From Minisyncoccota bacterium (GTDB lineage: Bacteria > Patescibacteriota > Minisyncoccia > Phycocordibacterales > JABMNX01), in contig JBBDOU010000012.1 of NCBI GenBank assembly GCA_040876885.1, forward strand, positions 5,986-69,985: 64,000 nucleotides of DNA. The letters are read 5' to 3'. Below the pieces are notes generated by a model. It did no database searches. It was given only the letters and a program-made list of their open reading frames with translations, and was not told the origin of the DNA. The translations under genes and the position numbers were made by a program. Shown piece by piece: positions 27,769-37,906 of this stretch. Within the stretch, counting starts at the first letter, position 1. Each line of letters begins with the position of its first letter.

Positions 27769-29550
27769 ATGACAAAAAAAGTACCTACTAAGATTAAGAC
27801 AGATTGGAGCCTCAATAAGATTTACACCTCTCCACAGGACGCACAAATAGAAAAAGACATTCACGTAGCTGAAAATGCCTACGCATACTTTGCAAAAAAA
27901 TATTCAAACACCAAGAAATATCTATTAACCGACAAGGCTTTGTATAAAGCTCTCGAGGACCAGGAAAAATTGGCAGAAAAAGTGTCATTAGGAAGTAAGG
28001 CTATTATGTATTTTGCATATCGACAGGAGTTGAATAGTTTTGATACCAAAGCAGAAGCAATGGTGGCAAAATTAAGTAACCGCCTAACGCAAGCTGGTAA
28101 TGAAATCCTTTTTTTTGATATTGCACTGGGTTTAATCCCCACAAAGAAACAAAAGGAATACCTAAAGAGTCCTTTGTTAAAAAAATATCGTTACTTACTC
28201 GAGCGGACTTTTCTTGAGAGTAGCTACCAGCTTTCTGAAAAAGAGGAAAAAATAATGAGTCTTAAAAGCCTACCCGCACACTCAATGTGGATAGATGGAC
28301 AGGAAAAGCTCCAAAAGAAGCAGGTTGTTATTTTTAAAGGTAAGGAAGTGCCGATAGCTGAAGCGTTTAATAGGATATCAGACCTGCCAACTAAAGACCG
28401 CAGGGCCCTTCATCAAAAGTCAATGGAGGTACTAAAAGCCACGAGTGATTTTGCAGAAAGTGAAATCAATGCCGTCTTTACTGATAAGAAAATCAACGAT
28501 GAGCTTAGGGGCTTTAAAGAGCCATATTCAGCAACAATATTAGGGTATGAGAATGATGAGGAGAGTATTAAAAATCTTGTGGAGACGGTCACGCAAGATT
28601 TTTCAACAAGTAGGGAATTTTATGCACTCAAGAAAAAACTCCTCAAGCTTAAAGACTTCAACTACTCAGATCGCTCAGTAAGTATTGGAGAAGTTAAAAA
28701 GAGATTTTCTTTTGAGGATTCTTATTGCATACTCCGCGAAATATTTTATGGACTTGGTAAAGAATACGGAGAGATTCTCGATACGTTTGTTAAAGAAGGG
28801 CACGTGGACGCGTTCCCAAAGAAAGGGAAAAGTGGTGGCGCGTATTGTTCTTCAGGTCATGGGACGCCAACATTAGTGTTGCTTAACCATGTTCCTTCTT
28901 TCAATTCACTGATGACGTTTGCTCACGAGATGGGGCACGCTATTCACGCAGAGTTAAGTAAGCAACAAGGAGTTTTGTATGAAGGGCACTCAACATCAGT
29001 AGCTGAGACAGCGAGCACTTTTTTTGAAGCAGTCGTCTTTAACGCAATATTTGAGACATTAACTGATAAAGAAAAGGTTATTGCGTTGCATGACAAAATA
29101 CAAAGCGATGTTTCAACTATTTATCGTCAAATAGCATTTTTTAATTTTGAACTCGCGCTCCATAAAAAGATTCGTGCTGAAGGGTATGTCTCAAAGGAAG
29201 ATATTGCAAAACTCTTGAACAAAAATATGAAAGCGTATATTGGATCTTCTATGAAGTTTACCCCAGAAGACGGCTACTTCTTCGTTACCGTTTCGCATTT
29301 CAGACGACCATTTTACGTATATTCATATACATATGGGCAACTCATTAGTAAGGCGCTCTATGAGAAATACAAAGGAGATCAAACGTACGAAGAAAAAATC
29401 CATCAGTTTCTCAGTGCTGGAGGTAGTAAGAGCCCAGAAGATATTTTCGCAGAAATAGGATTAGATACTTCAAGTTCAAGACTCTTTAAAAATGGACTCC
29501 TCAGTATTAAGAAAGATATTGCATTGCTTAAGAAACTGTCTCAAAAATAA
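27769..29550 (+). CDS. pepF: M3 family oligoendopeptidase F
   Basis: GKSGGAYC, AHEMGHAIH, AETASTF.E, FYVYSY. Confidence 0.92.
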   Translation: MTKKVPTKIKTDWSLNKIYTSPQDAQIEKDIHVAENAYAYFAKKYSNTKKYLLTDKALYKALEDQEKLAEKVSLGSKAIMYFAYRQELNSFDTKAEAMVAKLSNRLTQAGNEILFFDIALGLIPTKKQKEYLKSPLLKKYRYLLERTFLESSYQLSEKEEKIMSLKSLPAHSMWIDGQEKLQKKQVVIFKGKEVPIAEAFNRISDLPTKDRRALHQKSMEVLKATSDFAESEINAVFTDKKINDELRGFKEPYSATILGYENDEESIKNLVETVTQDFSTSREFYALKKKLLKLKDFNYSDRSVSIGEVKKRFSFEDSYCILREIFYGLGKEYGEILDTFVKEGHVDAFPKKGKSGGAYCSSGHGTPTLVLLNHVPSFNSLMTFAHEMGHAIHAELSKQQGVLYEGHSTSVAETASTFFEAVVFNAIFETLTDKEKVIALHDKIQSDVSTIYRQIAFFNFELALHKKIRAEGYVSKEDIAKLLNKNMKAYIGSSMKFTPEDGYFFVTVSHFRRPFYVYSYTYGQLISKALYEKYKGDQTYEEKIHQFLSAGGSKSPEDIFAEIGLDTSSSRLFKNGLLSIKKDIALLKKLSQK

Positions 29551-29577
29551 AAAAGAAGTGATATACTGATATCTATT

Positions 29578-29793
29578 ATGGACTTACTTTTTTGGGGATT
29601 AACAATTGGCTTGTTTGGTAAGGTACTCCTTGGGGTTACGGTGATTATGGTACACGCTAAGATAGTGCACGAGCATAAGGTTGATAGAGCAGTGCTTAAA
29701 GAAATGCGCAAGGAGAAGAATCTTGCAATTCTCGGAATAATCTTTATGGTAGTGGGGTATATTCTTGAAGCGATGTTCTATGGATACTTCTAA
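29578..29793 (+). CDS. Small two-TM hypothetical protein
   Basis: Clean ORF; TGaTATACT 10 nt upstream; overlaps the alaS start. Confidence 0.75.
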   Translation: MDLLFWGLTIGLFGKVLLGVTVIMVHAKIVHEHKVDRAVLKEMRKEKNLAILGIIFMVVGYILEAMFYGYF

Positions 29794-31630
29794 AATTAGA
29801 AAGAAATACCTTACCTTTTTTGAACAAAAGGGGCACACGATTATCCCTTCTGCTTCTCTGCGTCCAGAAAATGACCCCACGACACTTTTTGTAGGCTCAG
29901 GTATGCAACCACTCCTCCCATACCTTTTGGGTGAAACGCATCCAAAAGGAGTCCGCCTTGTAAACTCACAAAAAAGCTTCCGGGCGGAAGACATTGAAGA
30001 GGTTGGAGACAATCGACATACCACCTTCTTTGAGATGCTTGGAAACTGGTCTCTTGGTGATTATTTTAAAGAGGAGCAACTCCCGTGGTTTTTTGAATTT
30101 TTAACAAGCGGACTGGGACTTAATCCAGAGAAGCTGTACGTAACCGTTTTTGCAGGAGATGCACAGCTCGGTATTCAAAAAGATGTTGCGTCGGTAGAAA
30201 TATGGAGACGTCTTTTCAAAGAGAAAGGTATCGATGCGCACGATGTAGAGATAGGTTCTGAGGAAGACGGTTATACACGGGGAATGCAGGGGGGAAGAAT
30301 CTTTTATTATGACGCTAAGAAGAATTGGTGGAGTCGTTCTGGCACACCAGATAAAATGCCGAGCGGGGAGCCGGGCGGGCCTGATTCAGAGATGTTTTAT
30401 GACTTCGGAGGAGCGCATGATAAAAGTTATGGCGAACACTGCCACCCGAACTGTGACTGCGGACGTTTTATGGAGATAGGGAACTCCGTGTTTATGGAGT
30501 ATATAAAAAAAGAAGATGGAAGTTTTGAGCAACTCCCTCAAAAAAATGTTGATTTCGGCGGGGGACTTGAGCGAATCACTGCAGCAGTAAATAATAACGC
30601 TGATGTGTTTTTAATAGACGCACTACAGGCGATTATTGGGTATATAGAAAAGACTTCTGATAAAAAGTATGACGACGTGCGTTACACGCCTGCTTTTCGA
30701 GTCATCGCAGATCATATACGAGCTGCAATCTTTATTATTGCTGATGGTGTCGTTCCGTCAAACTCTGACCAGGGGTATTTTGTACGTCGACTTATCAGGC
30801 GAGCAGTTCGGTACGCTGATCTCCTTGGTGTCCCTGACGGGGTTTTAGCTGCGTCCGTACAAGCGGTCAGTAAAACATATAAAGAGCAGTACCCAATCCT
30901 TCTTGAAAAGGGAGGTGAGATTAGTGGCATTATTGCTGGAGAGGAAGAAAAGTTCCGGAAGACCCTCGTCCGTGGATTAAAAGAGTTTGAAAAATTAAGT
31001 ACCTCGAATATTTCTGGATACGATGCATTTGTTTTATTTACTACGTATGGGTTTCCATATGAGCTTACTGAAGAGCTTGCGCATGAGAAGAATATTTCAG
31101 TGGATAAGACTGCTTTTGACGATGAAATGAAAAAACACCAAGAATTGTCCCGAATGGGGTCAGAACAGAAGTTCAAAGGAGGGCTTGAAGACCACGGAGA
31201 GATGAGTGTTAAGTACCACACGGCGACTCATTTACTACACCAAGCATTAAAAAATGTGCTCGGCGATTCAGTCCAACAAAAAGGAAGCAACATCACGCCT
31301 GAGCGGATGCGGTTTGACTTTGCATTTGAGCGGAAGATGACTGATGAAGAAAAACAAAAAGTAGAATCTATTGTCAATGAGAAAATTAAAAGTGCACTTG
31401 AAGTCACCAGCAAGGAGCTTCCTTTAGAAGAAGCAAAGAAGCTCGGGGCGATAGGACTGTTTGGAGAGAAGTACGGCGACGTCGTAAAGGTGTATTCTGT
31501 AGGGGATTTTAGTCTTGAGTTTTGCGGAGGTCCTCATGTTAAGAACACAAGTGAACTTGGAGTCTTTAAGATTAAAAAAGAAGAATCTATTTCCGCTGGA
31601 GTTCGTAGGATTCGTGGAGTACTCGAATAA
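29780..31630 (+). CDS. alaS: Alanine--tRNA ligase, short form (616 aa)
   Basis: DPTTLF, HTTFFEMLGNWS, DFGGGLER, HTATHLL, EFCGGPHV, GVRRI. Confidence 0.97.
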   Translation: MDTSKIRKKYLTFFEQKGHTIIPSASLRPENDPTTLFVGSGMQPLLPYLLGETHPKGVRLVNSQKSFRAEDIEEVGDNRHTTFFEMLGNWSLGDYFKEEQLPWFFEFLTSGLGLNPEKLYVTVFAGDAQLGIQKDVASVEIWRRLFKEKGIDAHDVEIGSEEDGYTRGMQGGRIFYYDAKKNWWSRSGTPDKMPSGEPGGPDSEMFYDFGGAHDKSYGEHCHPNCDCGRFMEIGNSVFMEYIKKEDGSFEQLPQKNVDFGGGLERITAAVNNNADVFLIDALQAIIGYIEKTSDKKYDDVRYTPAFRVIADHIRAAIFIIADGVVPSNSDQGYFVRRLIRRAVRYADLLGVPDGVLAASVQAVSKTYKEQYPILLEKGGEISGIIAGEEEKFRKTLVRGLKEFEKLSTSNISGYDAFVLFTTYGFPYELTEELAHEKNISVDKTAFDDEMKKHQELSRMGSEQKFKGGLEDHGEMSVKYHTATHLLHQALKNVLGDSVQQKGSNITPERMRFDFAFERKMTDEEKQKVESIVNEKIKSALEVTSKELPLEEAKKLGAIGLFGEKYGDVVKVYSVGDFSLEFCGGPHVKNTSELGVFKIKKEESISAGVRRIRGVLE

Positions 31631-31685
31631 GAAACGTTGTTATTTTTTCCATTGCTCTTATGCTGTAAGCAATTTATACTAAGTA

Positions 31686-32891
31686 GTGATGACGTTTTCT
31701 CATGGTATAGAAAAAATGCACAGTATTTTTAAAAAAGGTGCCTCGACACAACCAGTTGTTATTTTTGATATAGGAAGTGCGAGTATCGGAGCTGCAGTTG
31801 TATATTTTGATACAGAAGTACCAAGAATTTCTTATAGCGCACGGCAAGCGTTGCCTTTTCTCGGGGAAGCAGATAAAAAAAAGCTCATCCCGCAAATTGA
31901 AGAGATTCTTTCTTTTGCTACTGCGAACATTCAAAAAAATGGGCTAACCCCCCAAAAGGGTCTTTCTGTTATTCCTCGAGAGATAGTATGTATTTTTTCT
32001 CCATTATGGAGTGAGACCCAAACAACAGAAGCTTCTTTTACTCACAAGGAAAAGTTTATTGTCTCTGACACCGTTATGGATAACCTCCTCGCCCAAATCC
32101 ATGAGAACAATAAAGAAACGAAAGATGATACGGAAGTGGTTATTGAAGAGGTGGTTATTAGCTCGTTACTTAACAACTACCCAACACAGGCTCCATTAGG
32201 AAAAGAGACCCTCAGCATCAATGTTTCTTTCTTAGAAAGTTCTATAGATAAGAATTTAGATACTAAAGTACGCGATGTTATATACAAGACATTTAATGTG
32301 GATACTCCGCTACTCCTCCGATCTTTCACCCTTGCAGCTTTCTCAGTAGCTCGAGATATTCACGAGAACATGAAAGACTTTCTTCTTATTGATGTAACTG
32401 GTGAGATTACAGACATTGCCGTTGTCCGTAGTTCTGTTTTAAAAGACACCTTATCATTTCCTTATGGAAAAAATTCTATCATACGAAACGTTGCTTCAAG
32501 AAAAGGAAGTATCCCAGAAGATGTGCTTGCTCGTATCAAAATATCGCTTTCGAGTGAAGATCCAGAAGTAAAAATTGATATCAAAGAAGAAGAAAAAAAA
32601 TGGATTGATTTCTTTGGTAAAGCTTGTGAGGAGCTTTCTTCTGATAGCATGCCATTACCAAGAGAAGTATTTCTTATTACGGACACTCATTATGAGCGTC
32701 TTTTTCGTTCGATGATAGAACATGTTGAGTTTGGCCAATTTACAGCACTGAAAGACCCTTTCTTAGTGAAATCTTTTTTAAAGAGTAAGACAAAGGGCAT
32801 GTTTCTCTTAGACGAAGGTGTTCTCTCTGACGACTTTATCACTATAGGAGCCCTTTTTTATAGTAGGGAATATCTTTCTCGCAAGTCTTAG
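31686..32891 (+). CDS. Actin-like ATPase-fold protein (FtsA/PilM-like, divergent)
   Basis: IFDIGSASI and LLIDVTGEITDI phosphate-loop-like motifs. Confidence 0.65.
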   Translation: MMTFSHGIEKMHSIFKKGASTQPVVIFDIGSASIGAAVVYFDTEVPRISYSARQALPFLGEADKKKLIPQIEEILSFATANIQKNGLTPQKGLSVIPREIVCIFSPLWSETQTTEASFTHKEKFIVSDTVMDNLLAQIHENNKETKDDTEVVIEEVVISSLLNNYPTQAPLGKETLSINVSFLESSIDKNLDTKVRDVIYKTFNVDTPLLLRSFTLAAFSVARDIHENMKDFLLIDVTGEITDIAVVRSSVLKDTLSFPYGKNSIIRNVASRKGSIPEDVLARIKISLSSEDPEVKIDIKEEEKKWIDFFGKACEELSSDSMPLPREVFLITDTHYERLFRSMIEHVEFGQFTALKDPFLVKSFLKSKTKGMFLLDEGVLSDDFITIGALFYSREYLSRKS

Positions 32892-32917
32892 GGCTTGTGA
32901 TATAATAATCTGTACAT

Positions 32918-34225
32918 ATGAAGAGAAACATTGATGACATCATACCTCCAGAAGATAGAGACAGAAGGTCTATCCGCAAGATTAGCGTAGACAGAGCGCC
33001 ACGCCGAAGAAGTCCTGAGGTGACTCAAGAACCAGAAGAGACTTCAGAACACAACCAACCTCCGCGACGTCCACGTCCAGGGCGTTCAACGTCATCCCGT
33101 TTTGGTTTTTGGGCCGTTGCTTTTGTTGTACTACTCGGATTGATATTCAGCTTCTCTTTTATTTTCTCAGGAGCAAAGTTGGTGATTACACCAAAACAAA
33201 GAACGGTACTTGTTGATAGTACTTTTAAGGCCTACAAAAGCCCAGGACTCAATGAGTTAAAATATGAGATAATCACAATAGAGAAAGAAGGTTCTCAAGA
33301 AGTATCTGCAAGTGGAGAAGAGTTTGTTACAGAAAAAGCTTCTGGGGTAATTGTTATCTACAATGATTACAATTCCTCTAATCAACGACTTATTAAAAAT
33401 ACTCGTTTTGAGTCCCCAGAAGGGCTTGTTTATAGGATTAACGAATCAGTAACAGTCCCCGGACAAAAGAAAGAGGGTGGAGTCACTGTCCCAGGAAGTA
33501 TTGAAGTGACTGTCTATGCAGATGAAGAAGGAGAGAAGCACAATATCGGCTTAACTGACTTTACAATCCCTGGATTTAAAGGAGATCCTCGATATGCTGA
33601 TTTCTACGCTCGTTCTAAAACAAGTATGACCGGAGGGTACTCTGGTCAAAAGAAAGTGGTCAGTCAAAGCGATGAAGAGTCTGCTCAGAAAGCTATCCAA
33701 GAAAGGCTTACAGCACAGCTCCTTAAGGATGTGTTTAGTCAAAAACCAGAAGGGTTTGAGATATACGAGGACGGTGTGTTTGTTACCTTCACTGCACTTC
33801 CTAATGAGGAAATCGGCGATAAGGTTGCCGTAAAAGAGAAAGCTGTACTCTACGGAGTCCTTTTTAAACAAGATTTATTTGCTCAGTTTGTAGCAAGGAA
33901 TACGGTAGCTGGATTTGAAGACGAGGCTGTTGAGATACAAGAACCCGATGCTTTGAGCTTCAGTGTCTTAGAAAAAGCCACAGCGAAGCCCTGGGCTGAT
34001 GACTCATTTTCGTTTAAACTCTCGGGCTCTGCTCATATTGTCTGGAGTTTTAATGGGGACCTTTTAAAAGAGGATCTTGCTGGAAAAGCTAAAGGAGCGC
34101 TACAAACGGTGCTTACAGGATATCCCAGTATAGCTGAGGCTCAAATCGTACTTCGTCCGTTCTGGAGACAGACCTTTCCCGACGATACGCGCGATATCAA
34201 AATTACCACAATAATAGAAGAATAA
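32918..34225 (+). CDS. Membrane-anchored protein with baseplate-J-like beta domain
   Basis: Disordered N-terminus, TM, KASGVIVIYN, LIKNTRF, V.ADEEGEK.NI, MTGG. Confidence 0.65.
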   Translation: MKRNIDDIIPPEDRDRRSIRKISVDRAPRRRSPEVTQEPEETSEHNQPPRRPRPGRSTSSRFGFWAVAFVVLLGLIFSFSFIFSGAKLVITPKQRTVLVDSTFKAYKSPGLNELKYEIITIEKEGSQEVSASGEEFVTEKASGVIVIYNDYNSSNQRLIKNTRFESPEGLVYRINESVTVPGQKKEGGVTVPGSIEVTVYADEEGEKHNIGLTDFTIPGFKGDPRYADFYARSKTSMTGGYSGQKKVVSQSDEESAQKAIQERLTAQLLKDVFSQKPEGFEIYEDGVFVTFTALPNEEIGDKVAVKEKAVLYGVLFKQDLFAQFVARNTVAGFEDEAVEIQEPDALSFSVLEKATAKPWADDSFSFKLSGSAHIVWSFNGDLLKEDLAGKAKGALQTVLTGYPSIAEAQIVLRPFWRQTFPDDTRDIKITTIIEE

Positions 34226-34248
34226 AGAGATATTCTACCCCAAAAACC

Positions 34249-34278
34249 TTGACGTTTAGGTCTAGTTTCTGGTAGTAT
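34249..34278 (+). promoter_or_regulatory. Promoter of the infA-alpha operon, TTGACG-N18-TAGTAT
   Basis: Near-consensus hexamers with extended TG. Confidence 0.6.
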
Positions 34279-34294
34279 ATGTCCACTCCTGATA

Positions 34295-34513
34295 ATGTCA
34301 CAAGCGAAAGATAAACCAGAACCTGTTATGGGAATAGTAGATGAGGCATTGCCTAATACGTTATTCCGCGTAACCCTCGATGGAGGAGATCAAATACTTA
34401 CGTATCTTTCAGGAAAGATGCGTATGTATCGGATTAAGGTTCTCGTTGGTGACAAGGTTGCCGTTGAATTAGAGCCCTACGGAGGGAAAGGAAGAATAAT
34501 AAAGCGCTTATAG
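34295..34513 (+). CDS. infA: Translation initiation factor IF-1
   Basis: EALPNTLFRV, SGKMR..RIKVL.GD.V, GRI. Confidence 0.98.
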   Translation: MSQAKDKPEPVMGIVDEALPNTLFRVTLDGGDQILTYLSGKMRMYRIKVLVGDKVAVELEPYGGKGRIIKRL

Positions 34514-34590
34514 TTGGATACGATTGAGTACCGCCTATTACCCACACAAGGAAAGCGCAATTTTTTGTTGTCACCCGTAAAAAACAGATT

Positions 34591-34713
34591 GTGAAAATAA
34601 AATCTTCAATAAAAAAAATATGTTCAAGTTGCCAAACAATCCGCCGAAAAGGACGATTGTATGTTATTTGTTCAGGTCCTCAAGGTGGTCGTCATAAACA
34701 ACGACAAGGATAA
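34591..34713 (+). CDS. rpmJ: 50S ribosomal protein L36, 40 aa, not in ORF track
   Basis: Manual translation [40 protein letters not shown]; lies between infA and rpsM. Confidence 0.95.
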   Translation: MKIKSSIKKICSSCQTIRRKGRLYVICSGPQGGRHKQRQG

Positions 34714-34724
34714 TTTTATATAAT

Positions 34725-35105
34725 ATGAGAATTTCAGGTATTACAATTCCAGACAACAAGCAGCTCGAGATAGGCCTTACCGCCGTATATGGGGTTGGGC
34801 GTTCTCGCGCAGAAGAAATTCTAAAAGAGCTTGGTATTACTCCTGGAATAAAACCGACCGATTTAAAGACTGAAGAAGAAAACGCGCTTCGAGAAAAAAT
34901 AGAATCATTTCCCATTGAAGGAGAGCTCCGACGAACAGTAACTGGAAATATTAAACGACTCAAAGATATTCTTGCATACCGTGGGGTACGACACAGCAGG
35001 AACCTTCCTACTCGAGGGCAAAGAACCAAGACAAACTCACGAACAGTACGTGGAAACAAAAGGAAGACTATGAGCTCTGGTCGTCGTTCAGTAGATAAGA
35101 AATAG
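34725..35105 (+). CDS. rpsM: 30S ribosomal protein S13
   Basis: YGVGR, EGELRR, YRG.RH..NLP.RGQRTKTNSRT. Confidence 0.99.
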   Translation: MRISGITIPDNKQLEIGLTAVYGVGRSRAEEILKELGITPGIKPTDLKTEEENALREKIESFPIEGELRRTVTGNIKRLKDILAYRGVRHSRNLPTRGQRTKTNSRTVRGNKRKTMSSGRRSVDKK

Positions 35106-35119
35106 TCTCAATAAACAAC

Positions 35120-35554
35120 ATGGGAAAGAAACGAATTATTAAAAAAGCAGGGGGAGGAATGGATTCAGGATTAAAATCTCGTGCGCTTTCTCGTGTTACT
35201 AAAAAGAAACTTGATGTAGGAATTCTCCACATTCAAGCAACGTTCAATAACACAAAACTACTACTTTCAGATAAACTAGGGAATGCTGTTATGTGGTCTT
35301 CAAGCGGAGCGCTTGGCTTTAAGGGTGCTAAGAAAGGTACTCCTTTTGCTGCTGCAAAGGTTGGAGAGGTGCTTGGAGAGAAGGCACAGATGATAGGTTT
35401 AAAGGAAGTTGATGTCATTATGAGGGGTGTTGGATCAGGGCGTGAGTCATCACTTCGGGCTTTCTCATCAAAAGGTATTGGTGTTGCAAGTATTAAAGAC
35501 ATGACACCAACACCGCACAACGGGCCTCGAGCTAAAAAGCCTCGACGAGTGTAA
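35120..35554 (+). CDS. rpsK: 30S ribosomal protein S11
   Basis: ATFNNT, KKGTPFAA, G.GRES, TP.PHNG. Confidence 0.99.
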   Translation: MGKKRIIKKAGGGMDSGLKSRALSRVTKKKLDVGILHIQATFNNTKLLLSDKLGNAVMWSSSGALGFKGAKKGTPFAAAKVGEVLGEKAQMIGLKEVDVIMRGVGSGRESSLRAFSSKGIGVASIKDMTPTPHNGPRAKKPRRV

Positions 35555-35565
35555 ATATATATATT

Positions 35566-36177
35566 ATGAAAATAGGACCACGATATAAGATAGGTAAACG
35601 ACTTGGCGCAAGTGTGTTTGAGAAATGCCAGACACAGAAGTTTGTGCTTTCTGAGGCTCGTTCAAAAAAACGACGAACGTCACGACGACCAAACCAGATG
35701 TCTGACTACGGTAAACAACTTCTTGAAAAACAAAAAGTTCGTTTTACATACGGAATCACCGAGAAGCAACTTTCAAAGTATGTAAAGAATGCCACCGAAT
35801 CATCTGCTGAGTCAAAGAATATGATCTTTGAAGGTCTTGAAACAAGACTTGATAACATCACTTATCGACTCGGGCTTGCAACAACACGAAGATTCGCACG
35901 TCAAATGGTCTCACACGGACACATTATGGTAAACGGAAAAAGGGTAACAGTTCCTTCTTATAAGGTTGGTATGAAAGATGTTGTTTCCGTACGAGAGAAC
36001 AGTAAGGAAAAAGGGTTATTTGTCGGATTTGAGGAGCGTTTTAAAGAACATTCAGTGCCAACATGGCTTTCATTTGATGCTAAAAAACAAGAGGGAAAAA
36101 TGTCCACCCTTCCCGAGCTCACTGTTGCGGATGCATCACTTGACCTTGATTTGGTTCTAGAATTTTATAGTAGGTAA
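35566..36177 (+). CDS. rpsD: 30S ribosomal protein S4
   Basis: SDYGKQLLEKQK, LETRLDN, ARQMVSHGH, EFYSR. Confidence 0.99.
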   Translation: MKIGPRYKIGKRLGASVFEKCQTQKFVLSEARSKKRRTSRRPNQMSDYGKQLLEKQKVRFTYGITEKQLSKYVKNATESSAESKNMIFEGLETRLDNITYRLGLATTRRFARQMVSHGHIMVNGKRVTVPSYKVGMKDVVSVRENSKEKGLFVGFEERFKEHSVPTWLSFDAKKQEGKMSTLPELTVADASLDLDLVLEFYSR

Positions 36178-36203
36178 TTTATAAATTTATAACGAAACGT
36201 ATT

Positions 36204-37166
36204 ATGTCAGACTATAACGTAGCACTTCCATCTAAACCACGAATTGTTTCCGAAAAAGAATTCGGTGGTGTATATGAAATTGACGGTCTTTATCCTGGGT
36301 ATGGACACACACTTGGTAATTCACTACGCCGAATTATCCTGTCATCTCTACCAGGAGCAGCTATTACTTCAGTTAAAATTGAAGGAGTCTCTCATGAGTT
36401 CTCAACAATAGAGGGGGTTAAAGAAGATGTTATAACTATTCTTCTTAACCTTAAACGAGTGCGTATTCAGATGCTTTCTGATGAACCACAGCAGATGAAA
36501 ATCAACGTAAAAGGAGCTCGGGTAATTACGGCAGGAGATATCGAAATCCCTGGCCAGGTACAGGTTCTTAACCCAGAACAAGTGATTGCAGAAGTTACTG
36601 GAAAGAACACAGAACTCGCTATAGAGATGACTGTTGAGCGAGGGCTTGGATATGTCGCCAAAGAAGTTCTCCAGAAGGAACGAGTAGAGGTTGGTGTTAT
36701 CTCACTTGATGCTGTATTTACTCCAATTCGTCGAGTGAATTACGAAGTGGAGAACATGCGTATTGGTGACCAGACTGACTTTAACCGACTACGAGTCTTT
36801 ATAGAGACTGATGGTACCGTCACACCAAAAGAAGCGCTCGAGAAATCAATTGAAATAATGATCAACCAGCTTAAATCTATTGTTGGATTCAAAGAAGAAG
36901 AAATAGAGCTTCCTGAAGTAGCTCCTGTTGAAAAAGAACAAGAAGAAGAGAAAAAGGAGGTTGATTCAGAGTTCTTGAAGACTCGAATTGACGATTTAGA
37001 TCTTTCAGCTCGGACCGTTAACTCTCTAGAAGGAGGGAATATCAGAACTGTTGGTGGTCTTGTGCGAAAACGAGAAGAGGATATACTCTCAATCGAAGGT
37101 ATCGGACAGAAAGGATTACAAGAAATTAAACGAGCGCTCAGTAACTTTGGCGTAACACTAAAATAG
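36204..37166 (+). CDS. rpoA: RNA polymerase subunit alpha
   Basis: GYGHTLGNSLRRIILSSLPG, HEFSTIEGVKED, alpha-CTD. Confidence 0.99.
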   Translation: MSDYNVALPSKPRIVSEKEFGGVYEIDGLYPGYGHTLGNSLRRIILSSLPGAAITSVKIEGVSHEFSTIEGVKEDVITILLNLKRVRIQMLSDEPQQMKINVKGARVITAGDIEIPGQVQVLNPEQVIAEVTGKNTELAIEMTVERGLGYVAKEVLQKERVEVGVISLDAVFTPIRRVNYEVENMRIGDQTDFNRLRVFIETDGTVTPKEALEKSIEIMINQLKSIVGFKEEEIELPEVAPVEKEQEEEKKEVDSEFLKTRIDDLDLSARTVNSLEGGNIRTVGGLVRKREEDILSIEGIGQKGLQEIKRALSNFGVTLK

Positions 37167-37184
37167 TTTTTTAGAAACATTACC

Positions 37185-37538
37185 ATGAAACACACAGCAC
37201 ACGGAAGAAAATTTGGAAGGGTACGAAAAGTACGAGTAGCGCTAATCCGTTCTCTTGCTCGTGCGCTTATTCTTCATGGGAAAATAGAGACCACAGAAGC
37301 AAAAGCTAAGGAAATTCAAAGCTATGTTGAGAAATTAGTTACTAAGGCAAACAAGGGTACGCTTGCTTCATACCGTGGGGTTATTTCACGACTTGGGGGT
37401 GAGGAAAGAATAGCTAGGAGACTTAAAGAAGAGGTTGCTCCTAAATACGCTGAGCGAGAAGGTGGGTACACACGAGTAACCAAGGTTCATGTGCCGTCTC
37501 ACGATGCACGTAAACGAGCAGTAATCGAATTTGTATAG
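37185..37538 (+). CDS. rplQ: 50S ribosomal protein L17
   Basis: RKFGR, IETTEAKAK, GGYTRV. Confidence 0.98.
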   Translation: MKHTAHGRKFGRVRKVRVALIRSLARALILHGKIETTEAKAKEIQSYVEKLVTKANKGTLASYRGVISRLGGEERIARRLKEEVAPKYAEREGGYTRVTKVHVPSHDARKRAVIEFV

Positions 37539-37555
37539 TTAATAATATCAGGCTT

Positions 37556-37897
37556 ATGGAACACACAATAAATGCACAAGGGAAAAAATTAGGACGAGTT
37601 GCTTCTGAAGCAGCGCATGTTCTTATGGGTAAAGATACACCTGCGTTCGCAAAACATACAGTCGCAGATGTGAATGTAACTATTATAAATAGTGAAACTC
37701 TTTCGATTACTCCTAAGAAAGCTTCTTCAAAAATTTACACACATTACACGGGGTATCCAGGAGGGCTTCGAAAACAAACACTTGAGGAGATTAAAGAGAA
37801 GAAAGGTATTGAAGAAGTGATACGGAAAGCTGTTTATGGTATGCTTCCAGGGAACAAATTACGATCAGAGATGATGAAGCACCTAATCATTCAATAA
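37556..37897 (+). CDS. rplM: 50S ribosomal protein L13
   Basis: LGRVAS, LMGK, YTGYPGG, AVYGMLP.NKLR. Confidence 0.98.
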   Translation: MEHTINAQGKKLGRVASEAAHVLMGKDTPAFAKHTVADVNVTIINSETLSITPKKASSKIYTHYTGYPGGLRKQTLEEIKEKKGIEEVIRKAVYGMLPGNKLRSEMMKHLIIQ

Positions 37898-37906
37898 CAC
37901 ATATTT

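Noticed and set aside
32918-34225. Baseplate-J-like gene as a prophage marker
   Set aside because: Membrane-anchored, in housekeeping context, with no other phage genes
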